From Octopus sinensis (taxonomy: Eukaryota), in contig NC_042997.1 in the NCBI RefSeq assembly GCF_006345805.1, positions 168,392,001 through 168,456,000 on the forward strand: a stretch of 64,000 nucleotides of DNA. Direction: 5' to 3'. Shown here in pieces: positions 14,454 to 26,800 of the stretch. The notes under the pieces were generated by a model, which was not told where the DNA came from, did no database searches, and saw only the letters and a program-made list of their open reading frames with translations. Position numbers and translations under genes: made by a program. Each line of letters starts with the position of its first letter. The stretch's first letter is position 1.

Positions 14454-14714
14454 TAATAGAATAGTGTAGTTCATTAGAAATATGGTTATAAAAATGTTGA
14501 ATAATTATACTCCTTCTCATCCCCCCTATATCCATGGAGAATCATTAGTACCCACTTCAAAGGAACCAACAGTCTACACTAATCTAATGGTCTACTATTG
14601 GGATGATGAACTTTGGAATATAAGTAATGTTTTTCAGGTAATTTCAAATTTATTTAAAAACAATGTATGCACTTCTTAATAATGCAGAACCTCTTTGTTT
14701 GTTTCATTTTTTAG

Positions 14715-14806
14715 CTGATGAAAAAAATTGGTAATGTGAAAGCAAAACAAGTTTATGAAAAATATGTTCCACCCTTTTACAAAAAGCCCAGAGTAACAGA
14801 TCCTGG
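14715..14806 (+). CDS. ADAP1: ADAP1-like exon (ArfGAP C-terminal part: LMKKIGNVKAKQVYEKYVPPFYKKPRVTDP)
   Basis: tttag acceptor, gtaagt donor, 92 nt; matches the ADAP1 segment FMASHGNDAARARFESKVPSFYYRP. Confidence 0.92.
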
Positions 14807-17800
14807 GTAAGTATTACACTTGAGTTATATTAAAGCAAATGGAATGTTTTGATATGATTTTCCAGTTCTTGTACCCCGCCTTCTTTTGAATGTTAAATGA
14901 TTTTGTTGACAATTAAGCTTTTGATTTTGACATTTTATCCTTTTACTTGTGCTCATGACCGGCATAGTGTTACAATACTTCATAAGTGAAGTATTGCTGA
15001 TACAAAGCTCAACTTTAGTTGGAAATTTGATTTCCTGTAACCTTAGAATTTTCTTTCTTTCTTTTCTTTCTTTTTTTTTTGTGTTTTTTTTGTTTTGTTT
15101 TGAACAGCATCAGTGTTCAGCACCCTTTTTAAGAATGCTCTGCTCACCTTTTGAAGAAAGGGCTTGAAAAAATACTCTATATTACTTACTTAATTCCATA
15201 ACTGACAAGGACTTTACTTAAATGTTGAAAAGGTGATAAATACAGAACAGACCATTACTCTCACTCATGGCTTGTGGATAAAGACAATACAGTTAGCTTT
15301 GACTGGACAAAAACTTGACATTGCAGCCTTAAGTGAAATCTTGATTTCAAGACTAGGTGTTTATTGTAAAAGCGTGTCTAGTTTTACCTTCTTTTGGAGT
15401 TACTAAAGAAGGATAGAGTAGGATAAGATTAATACTTGTTTTCTGGAGAAGATATTCCTAGCTGGTAGGTTATCTGAATCTTCTTAATAATTTGAAGATT
15501 GTAAAACCCATTGCAGCCATGAACTGACCTACACAGATGAAATGAAGGCTAAATTCTATGAGTAACTTTACATTTCTTTATTCTGAAAACAGGCAAATTT
15601 GTTATTGCTAGTGGTTTTAATGCCAGTGTTGGTTCTAACATGGCTGTAATGAAGTCATTGAAAAATTTGGAATGGATCACCACAACTGTGATTTCTCACT
15701 ATTCCATCATCAGTAGTCTTTTGCCTTCCCCTGTGTAAAAGAGCATCATAGATGTATCGTTGCTTTAAGCACTGGTACTAAATAGCTCATTGATTCTGCC
15801 ATTCCATCATCATGAAAACCAACTGGAGACGACCAGGTCCATGAGTCCATCTGACTACTGAACAGATCATCATCACCAAACTCAACATTCAAACTGAATC
15901 CGGTCATCATGATCACTGACGTTGTCATTTAACATTTGTTTTTCATGCTGGCATGGGTTGGACACTTTCACAGGAGTCAGCAAGCCAGAGGACTGCCCAT
16001 GCTCCAGTGTCTGCTTCAGTATGGTGTGTAGGTGTCTTTCCTAATGTCAACCATTTCACAAGGTGTACTGGGTGCTTTTTACATGACACTGGCACAAGAA
16101 AAGTTACCAAGTAACTTGCAAGAATCATTTGAGGTGATGAAAGGTTAAAGTATGATAGAGGGATAAAAACAGGTGTCTTGCAGTAGATGAGATACATGGC
16201 TACCCAAGGAAGGCAAGCATAAGAGAAATGGTCCAATGAAAAAGCACATCCACAAACTACTAAACTGAAGAATGTTTATTTCCTTACCTTAGGTTTTTGA
16301 GTATGTCTCGCATAAAAAGTTTCTTACTAAGTTTCCTACCAATGGTTGATGGATTTCATCCATCTCTCATCTCTTAGATTAAAATCTTCCTTTCAGATCA
16401 CACCATCACAGTATAGACTGAAAGGAACTTCTCTGATCCATCTGAGTAATACTATTTGTGTGTACCTGAAATATCTCAGCAATAGTATATTTTATCTTAA
16501 TTTTTTAGTATATTTATTTTCATATTACCTTTGGGAGTGCAGTACAAATTTTTGTGATATTTGTATCTCTGTTAATGAATACAATTAAACACAATTTTTG
16601 TTTGTTAGTTCTTAATGAAAAAACATGGCTTCCATGACGTCAACACGCATAAAATGAATGTCATGGTCTGTCAATCAACACAAACACGTCTGCTTTCTCT
16701 AACATACACACACACATAGTCTTCATTGGCTCGAAGTAAAAAAGAGTTGACTTTTTGATGTACACAATATTTTAATCATTTAGAAATATTTTTAACTGAT
16801 TGTAATTTCAAAAATGTAAGCTGTTTATACAGTCAGTATTTATATTTTAGCTTTCTTTAAACAGACAATATTTTAATGTTTTTTTAAAAATTATTTTCAA
16901 GCGAATGGCGATCTTTCACTTCGACTGTCTGGAATTTGTTAATTTCCGTAAAAATTTTTATCTATTTACTTTTATTTTAAGGTGAAAGATGTATGTATGT
17001 GTATATGAAGTGGATGTGTGTGTGAAAGAGAGAGAGAGTAAGTGAAGGGGTGTATTGTCATGTATACATATAAACATCAATACATATGCATACATTTTTG
17101 TTTGTACGTGTGCATGTGTGTGTGAGAGAGAGAGAAAGTGAGTAAGTGAACATGTGTGTTCTCATGTATGTATAAGTAGCACTCTCTCTCTCCCTCACAC
17201 ATGTACATGAACAAAACCAGATGATCCAGATGACAGTTCTGAGAGTCATAGTGAAAGATCACCCCAAGGGAATACCATTGCAAAACTTTCTTCAAGTGCA
17301 TTCAACATATCTCAGCTCTGCAGATTTGGTTGCTATTTCTAGCATGCCATGCTACCACATAACAGTTATTTGCGATATAGGACCTCAAATACTTGTTACA
17401 TGGTAGCAGAGCATGCAAGAAATAACAGTCGTTTATGTGTGATTTTGATGTCACATTTGTTGAAAGCATGTGAAATAACCTGGAAAAGAAAAAAAATCCA
17501 CGAAACAAAACTCCGTTGCTGGGAAACTCAGACTTTCTAGGTGAACCAATGGGTCACGTGTAGTCTAGTACTCTACTAACTCTGCCATTTCCCTCTGCCT
17601 CCCACATTCTTCCTCCTGTATATTAACAATCTACTCATTATCATCTCTAAAAATGCTCACTCCAGATGGTTCAATTTGTAATTCCTCTTAACTATCCGCA
17701 GTTAAGATATTATTCATTGGGACATGATAATCTTGATTCTTTCTCAATGAGACATCAATCAATTCTCATACTATGGTGGAAACAACCTTGTATCGCTCTT

Positions 17801-20800
17801 TCCCTAGTCATGAATAATGTACTTTCCGGTCAACCTTATTACACAGGGCTAAAACTATGCCCTACAACTAACCTTTTATCTTCAAGATCAGGAAATACCA
17901 ACTCAGATGAAGTGTTGGAGCCTCTACAAAGCTAAGTAAGATTTCGATGGCGTATAGCCCCTCCCTATCTGGGATGGTACTGCTATACATGGATATTCCA
18001 ACATTTGAGATTACATGCAGTAGAAGGCCATCCTACATTGCAAAGATTCACTCACTGACTTCTAAACCATGATGACTTTGTCACTTTTTGCCTGTCCTTT
18101 CATTATCACAATAGTCATTGATGACTAAATATTGTAAGATATTTAATCTACCACTCTGCTGTTTATATATAGGTGTGGCTGTGAAGGTTGCTTTATGTCC
18201 AGATAGTTTTCAGTACCATGCCACTGCATAGCAGTTTGAGCAAGTATTTTTGGTGAAATTTAGTAGATAGAAACTACATAGAAGCCACTCACTGTAAATT
18301 ATGTCTAATAGCTTAGTTTTAAAGTGTGAAGTCTACTGAAATAAAACTACCTTATTTGAAAAACAAAGGTCAGTGACTGGAAAGGCAGCCAACTGTAGAA
18401 AACTACCTCCAATAAGTCTCATGCAACTGATGCCAGCATGGAAGAAGTGGACATAAAAAAAAACAATGATGATAATATGTGTAAATCAATATCAGTAAAA
18501 TTATTTTTTCTTTCTTTTGAATGTTAGTTTCTCTCAATGCAAAATGCCATAAAGACACCAAATTGGAAAGTCTTTTGTAAATTATATTTGTTTTGGTTAT
18601 AGATACACAACAAATGGCTTTTGTACTTTATAATATACAATAACATTACAAAGTATAAACATAAGTCACTATAAGCTTAAGCAGTGTAGTTATGGTTGTA
18701 ATGATATTAAAATTGTGTCTCTCAACACGACCTCTAGTCAAAATATTTTGCCAAACATATGAATCCAAAAGATCTGCTTTGATATTGTTTTATTTGCAGT
18801 GGTTGTTTGTAGGGCAATCTTGAGTAATTCCTGAACTGGGTTGATAGTTCATATTTGACATCCAGTTAGAGCCATTTGTACTCTGTTCTAGAGAAAACCT
18901 GAGCAACTTCTCTTTCTTTGTTCCTTTTCAGTCTGTGTTTTTATGTCATTATTTTTTTTTCTATCCCAGTGTACTGAAAACAGAGTGGATCTATGCTAAA
19001 TACAAACGCTTTGAATTCGATGATCCTCAACATCAAAATGAATATTTGAAGGAAACAAAAGAAGGTATTTTGATGAAAAGAGGAAAAGAAAATCAAAAGT
19101 TTAAGCCAAGACGATTTTTGCTCTCTCGATCTGAAAATCTTTTAAAATATTTTAATAAGGAGAACGTGAGTCTATACATTTTTTCATTTGTATATATTTT
19201 TTCTATATATTTTCTCATAACTATAATGTTTTGAAATAAATCTAATTGATTAAAGTTTTTCTTCCTATAAATTTTATACAAATGGCATATTATTGTTAGG
19301 GAGTTATTGGGAGAAGTTATTGTTTCAAATTAAAAATATTTTGATGAAACATAGGGCAGTGAAATGACAGAATCTTTAGCACACCAGGCAAAATGCTTAG
19401 TCACATTTTGTCTATCTTTATGTTCTGAGTTCAGATTCTGCTGAAGTTGACTCTGCCTTTCATCCCTTTTGGGGTCAATAAAAATAAGTACCGGTTGAGC
19501 ACTGGGGTCAGTGTAATCGACCTATCCCTTCCATGGTAATTGTTGGTCAATGTGTTTGACCTTTAATTTGTTAAGACCTATTGTTCTTTTAATCTTCAGG
19601 TTTTTACTAAGTTCTTTTGCTTTTATTTGTCATTATTTTTATTGTAATTTTTGTTAGCTTTTCTCTTGTTACTCTGTATAACATTTTTAAAAACATTTTT
19701 CAGGCAAGCAGACCTAAAGCTGAAATTAATTTGGATAGTTTGAATGCTGTGTTTGTGCCTGAAAAGATTGGACAATTAAATGGTCTTCAAATTACATATA
19801 CTGACCGTGGATCAACCCGATGTATCTATGTTTACCACCAAGACAGCAAGGTATTAAACTGAAGGATTATTTTGAACAAATTTTCAAGCAATGTTTCTTT
19901 ATATTAAAAAAAAAAAATGGAAAACTAGACATAGAAGTATTAGCTATAGTCATCATCCTCATTACCATCATTGTTTTAACATCCACTTTTCCATGCTTGC
20001 ATGGGTTAGATGAAATTTGTTGAGGCAAATTTTTCTATGACTGGATGCCCTTCCTGTCATCAACCTTCACCTGTTCCCAATTATGGTAATATTTCCTCAT
20101 GACCAGACATGTTTTTCCAGAAGATTGAAAACAAAGGACATCACTTGCATGAGGGTGACACTCATTTACAACTATTATGCAAAGTCATGGGAAAGAGATA
20201 CTAATACACATATACATATTATATATATGGCCCCGTGTCGGTGGCACGTAAAAGCACCATCCGTTCGTGTTCGTTGCCAGCCTCGGCTGGCCCCCGTGCC
20301 GGTGACACGTAAAAGCACCGTCCGTTCGTGGCCGTTTGCCAGCTCTGTCTGGCCCCGTGTCGGTGGCACGTAAAAGCACCATCCGTTCGTGTTTGTTGCC
20401 AGCCTCGGCTGGCCCACGTGCCGGTGACACGTAAAAGCACCGTCCGTTCGCCAGCTCTGTCTGGCACCTGTGCAGGTGGCACGTAAAAAACACCCACTAC
20501 ACTCGCGGAGTGGTTGGCATTAGGAAGGGCATCCAGCCGTAGAAACACTGCCAGATCTGACTGGGCCTGACGAAGCCTTCCAGCTTCACAGACCCCAGTT
20601 GACCCGTCCAACCCATGCTAGCATGGAAAGCGGATGCTAAATGATGATGATGATGATGATGATGATATATATATGTCATCATCATCATTGTTTAACGTCC
20701 GTTTTCCATGCTAGCATGGGTTGGACGTGTGTTTGTGTGTATGACAGGCTTTAGTTTCTATGTATCAAATCCATTCACATTTCAGGTAAAAAGAGACCCC

Positions 20801-23800
20801 TCGTTGTAGCAATAACCACTTTCTGTGTATGTATGTGAACAATGAGAATGCATGCAATTAAAATAATGCAATAAGCAGATGAACTCTTCTGGTGCATATT
20901 TAGAGCAACACCATAAAGTCAGCCAAACTTGTCTCATGTCATACCCTACCATCATAAAAAATAAAGAACACTTTAAATAATGTGTCCTTAAACAAGCTAT
21001 TTCTGAAAACAGGATGGGTTTGTCACTGCTGGAATGCCCATGATTACAGGCTTGCTTACTCAGGGTCCATATCTGGACCTACACAGCTTTTAGAGCCAGT
21101 TAGATCTCAACTGTTGACTAGAGTAGTCATTAAGATAATGATTGCTTCTTCTATATGTAGTTTTAGTTAATTGAAGTTTTTGGTTCATCAGCATGCACTT
21201 TACTAAATTATTTTTCATGTAGCAAGCATTTCTTTCTCGGTCATTAAGTTCATTCACAAAAATCCTCTAGCCATCATCTAAGATCTTCAGTAGTTGTTAG
21301 ACTATGCTTCATGTCAGACTAAACTTAAATGTTTCTAGTGTAGCCACTGTGCTACCAAAGATCAACCCCATCTCTTCAATATTCTATTCTTAATCAATCT
21401 TAATTAATTTAAATTCTGGGAGTTGTCTTTCCCTTCCTTTGTTAGACAAGAGTTATAGATGCAATACTTGGACATATTGTTAGTGTTGTTTCTTGGGTTC
21501 ACTGGGTGATTTGGGTCTCACAAAATACATCTCCAGGTGACCCAACCTGAGTTTATCAAGCCTAGGCCTGTGTCCAAGCAGCATTCTACTGACTCCTGTT
21601 GATCAACTCCTTTTGTAGCCAGAGCCATCTTGATGTCTTCTCAGTAGCCTTTATTTTGACTCTTGATAGCTCTTCTACTCACTCCCACTGCCTTCCTTGA
21701 ACAGAGAGTAGCATAATTAAATGGTTTTTATAATGCCTTAATAAATGATGATTCAAAACATTTTTTGTTTTGTAAGGTTTTGTGCAATTTGATTGGGGTC
21801 CAAAACCTGTATATATGGACACACTCATGCTCTTATAAGTTTGTGTATCATGACACAAGTTCTTAAGAGAATGTCCTCTTGATATAACTTGTAGTGTGAC
21901 TAAATTCTTGCTGGCAAAACAGGGAATTTTTTTTACCAATATATTTTCTAAGAGAAAATATATCGGTAGAAGAAAGCAAAATAATTTAAATTTACTCATC
22001 TGGTGGCTTTTAGCAGTTCTTTATGTTCTGTGACTTGTTTTCTTTAATGTGGATGACTTTTACAAACTTTAACATTTGAATTATTAAACCCAAGGTTTTT
22101 TTTTGCTTTTACTGTTAAATTTCTTTCCATTTACAACACTTTCAATCTGTCTGTAAGCACTTTAGACTAAATCCAGCAGAATAATCTTGTTTTAGCACAT
22201 AATGCAAAAGCTGCCACAGACGTTTGAACTCTTGATTGCTGTTAATAGTTTTGCATTTTCGAATTACAGTTCCTGGGGGTTTATTTGATGAAGATCACAA
22301 TATTTCAGAGTTAGTTTACATTTTTTTAAAAACGCAATTTATTTAAAATATATCTGAAAAACATCTAAGTACCATTTTCTGTATTTGTCTTATTTTCAAT
22401 GTTCTGTTTTTCAGGAAATTGTAGATTGGTACCAGTCAATAAGGGCATTGAAATTAGAACGACGTAAGATTGCCTTTCCCGACAAGAATGTATCTGAGGT
22501 AAGAAGATAATCACCACCATTGTTTTAGTATTTTTTTTTCTGTGTTGGCATGGCTGGTTGAGTTTGCACAATAGCATCCCACGGGACCCAGTACCCTATT
22601 TCCCTATTTCTTCTTATAGCTTCTTAAATTCCCCTCCATCACATGCCTTCCACTGCATTTTTTTATTCAGCAAGAGCTGTTCGTTTGTGTTACTACAGCT
22701 ATATTTCCTGTTAATCCTTTTAATACCTATTTTCTTTGCTCACTTTCACCCTGACCTTGGTTTTTAAGCTCTGTTGCACAGCCATTCAGTCATTTTGAGA
22801 AATTTATTTCTAGCTCCCATAAATCTTTCAGATTCATCGCCCATTCATATTCTACTACCAAGAAATATCACATTTCTTACCCATACCTCCATTAATCCAC
22901 AGTGTTGAATTACTAATTGCTATTTTAATCCTTGCCATGTTGATCTTTAATATGTTAAAGCACTCTTCCAGATATTGAACTTTTATTGTTGTTCTTTGAT
23001 AGATTCTGCATTGACAATCACCATATCGATAGATATATAAATTTTCTCAAGAAGGATCATTTATGAATAAAAGAGGGTATGGATGGAAATATTTCTGAAG
23101 TTTTACTCACTCACCAATACATTAAATTCTTCACAGAATTTACTGCCAATTCTTACTTATAGAACATGACCTAATCTACTGTCATTTAGGTCTAATGTTC
23201 TTAGTGTTCACTTGGCACCCATCCTTATTAAGCTCTGATCTTTCTCTATATACAGGAATCTAAATCTGTCAGATATCAGATATCCATAATTTTGTCCAGT
23301 TTCCAAGATAGACATCTTCTCTGCACCTGTTAAAATTACTGACCTTTTCTGAGACCCCCTTCGGTCACGACACAGACCATGGGGTTACACCTAGAAAGTT
23401 ACCCTCCCAGGCACAAGTACGGGCAAAGTTGTTTTATAGAAGACCAGCAGTCGCCCATGCATACTGGCCTCCCATCTCCATGCCATCAGTGTTATCCAAG
23501 GGAAAGGCAAAGGCCGATACAGCTTGGCACCAGCGACGTCGCAACTCATTTCTACAGCTAAGTGAACTGGAGCAACGTGAAATAAAGTGTCTTGCTCAAG
23601 AACACAACATGCAGCCTGGTCCAGGATTCAAACTCACAACCTCATGATCGTAAGCTCGATGCTCTAACCACTGAGCCATGCGCCTTCACTACTGACCTAT
23701 TACCCTCATTGTTAACAACTCAAAAGTGATGAAAACAATTGCTAACAATCACTTTTTTATCATTCTGATTTTCTCTCCTCTCTGCTCACCAGTATGTACT

Positions 23801-26800
23801 GAGTTAAATCAGCTACACACTTACTCTGCTATTATGTACCAGTGGTCTCTTGTCTTTAATAACTTCAGGAAAGCAATTCTATTGACCTTCTACCTTGCCC
23901 AGATTGAGAACTTCTTAGCAATGTTGCTTTCACTTTTATATTAAATCGTGACACTGACATTCCTCCTTCTGCACATTAATGATATTCTGTACCTTCTTAC
24001 TCTCATACCTAATTACATGTACCATAAACATGTGATTTAACTTTTTTTTTTTTACTTTCACTCCTTTATTTCCAATACAGTGACATCGTCCACATGCGAT
24101 ATACACTTTACACCAGTATATACTGCTTCCATAAGCAGAGGCCTTGAAAACAACCTTCAGTGGGGATATGATCATAATGCACTCTCATATCAATTTTGAT
24201 ATATGAGTGCTCATTTCAAACAACTGGACAACCCTCTCATTTAACTAGCATGCAGTGTGGCTGAATATTCCACAGACATGTGTACCCCTAACATAATTCT
24301 CTGGTAGAAGCAGTGTGGTACTTGTTTGACAAGGCTAACTTTTGAATTACAGACACAGTTCATTCAATGGGCTTCAGTACTCTTTCTGACTAAATTCACT
24401 CATAAGGTTTGATAAATGTCATTGGCCAAGATACCACACTGACCTTATAGTTTCAAAGTGACCTTTTTAATCACTCAGCTATGCCTGTGTCCACATCATC
24501 ATCATCACCACTTAAAGTCTGTCTTCCATGCTGGCATGGGTTGGCTGGTTTACCAGGAGCTAGTAAGACCAGGGGCTGCACTAGGCTCCATTGTCTGTTC
24601 TGGCATGGTTTCTATGGTTGGATGCCCTTCCTAATGCAAACCACTCCGCAGAATGTACTGGGTGCTTTTTATGTGGTACCAGCACTGGTATCAATTTTGC
24701 TGTGGTGGATGAGTCTTCTTGAGTACAGCAAGGTGCTAGATATTTCAGTCCTTTGTCATCTCCTTCGTAAGGTTCAGTGTCTTGAGATCAATACTTCATC
24801 CCATGTCTTCTTGAGTGCTCTTTTTACAGATGACCAACCTTTAGTGAAAATCCTGAAAGTTGTTACAAATACAATCTTTGATCTCTCAAGGCAACCTAAC
24901 ATGTATAACTTTATTAAAACACTACCTTAATGATTAGGTTTCTTCTTTATGGCCTTTACAAGGCTCATGTGTATCTCTGATAAGAGTACTGCAGACAGAT
25001 CTGGGATGGTGCTTCTATAGATGCCAATTCCTGGAGTGCTTCTCAAAAAATGGCCAAGCAGCTGATTGGCAATATAGCACTATAACTTCAGCCTATTGAC
25101 TTGTTGTTTCATTCACCTACATCTTTTTGCTGCTGTTATAATGGGTTTTGATCCTTCAAATTAGCTAACTACATACCACTTCCTGGATCCATCAATGGCA
25201 CCATATTTTAATATCTCTATGTCTTACCTACTAAATCATACACTAAACATTTTTGCTACTCACTCCTCTCCAGAACTACAATTATTTCATGAATCGTCCA
25301 ACCTCGCTACGACTACCTTCTTTCTTGCACTTATTCTTATTCTTTCTCTATTCTTCAATTTCCATCTCATTGTATTGTCCCTCATTCTTTCAGTATTCCC
25401 TCATTACCCTGTCTAGCTCAAACATTTTTTTTCGTTTAGACTTGTCTACAGGTTCATAGCCACTCTGATTTTTCAATTTTTCGTTTAGTGTTGTCTCCCG
25501 ATTCATACAAACCCATTTGCTAGCTCATACGATTAACAGAACCTCTTTACTCAGACACGGTGCACCCGCCCTCCCACCCCCACCACGCATGCCGGAAGTT
25601 CCTATTCTCTGCCATTCCGGGGTTGCTTCCCATGAAGACTGCAAATGTTCTCACCATCCCTACCCCTCCCTACCCCTAGTCTCGACCTATGTAAGGTAAT
25701 GTTCATACAGTGCAAAATATGAAAGGCTAGCGTTATGCAGGTTGTACTGAAGGCTACTTTACTACTTCATTTCTTGCACATGAATTCTGCCAAATGCGAG
25801 CTTTCTTTTCAGGTACACGAAGCTACTGTCCACCGTCCCAGGTCTCTAGAGCCCATGCCTCCCACACCCTCAGGGTTGGCACCCTCAACGTTGGCACTCT
25901 GAAAGGTAGGTCTGGTGAGATAGTTGAGATGCTTGAACGGAGATGTGTGGATATATGTTGCATGCAAGAAATAAGGTGGAGAGGAGGATCAGCTAGGTTC
26001 CTCACAGGCAAGGAACGCAGGTACAAGATTTTCTGGGCAGGGAACACTGACGGGGTTGGTGGCGTGGGTATACTTATCGCTGAGAAATGGGTAGATAAAG
26101 TAATTGAGGTAATCAGAGTATGTGACAGAATACTTAAGATTAGATTAGTGCTTCATCATAGTTTAGCAACCATTATATCAGCCTATGCTCCTCAGTCGGG
26201 GCTACCCGATGGACAGAAAGACCGATTCTATGACACTCTACTGCAGACTACCTCGTTGACGAACGACAGAGACCTTATCTTTGTGGCTGGTGACTTCAAT
26301 GGTCACGTTGGACGACATGCTGGGGGCTTCCATGGCGTACATGGAGGCTATGGCTATGGCTCCCGCAACGAGGAGGGAACCAGGCTGCTGGAGTTCTGCG
26401 ATGCAAATAATCTTATGATTTGCAACACTAACTTCAGGAAACCTACCAGCCACCTAGTCACTTACCAATCGGGCCAACATACCAGCCAAATTGACTACAT
26501 CCTTACAAGGCAAAGGGAGAGATGGCTGCTTATAAATGCCAAAACCTTCCCAGGTGAAGAATGTACCCCACAACATAGACTGGTAGTTAGTGACTTTAGG
26601 ATCAGGACTAGGAGGACAACCAGAAGACGACAAATATGGAGAAGAAGGATCTGGAAGCTTAAAGATCCTGCAAATGGACAGAGATTTAGGGACATATTAC
26701 TTGAAGCCTCTGACGAAGTAGAAGGGGATAGAGCATCACAGGGGGTAGAAGACAGCTGGACGTTTCTAAGGGACAACCTGCTGAGAGCCACTGACCAGAT

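Noticed and set aside
1-14714. ADAP exons for the ArfGAP zinc finger (CADC..., DWAS...C..C.GIHR)
   Set aside because: No such coding segment with splice sites was found by eye. They probably lie upstream of the window, but a miss is possible.
23600-23689. tRNA genes at SINE heads (also 7120-7193, 50490-50556, 58311-58380)
   Set aside because: A/B boxes are present but no complete cloverleaf, and each continues into a SINE body.
22580-24240. CR1-like (22580-23330) and L1/Tx1-like (24060-24240) LINE remnants on the minus strand
   Set aside because: Only faint motif resemblance (for example SHVDDVTV), too degraded to call without alignment.
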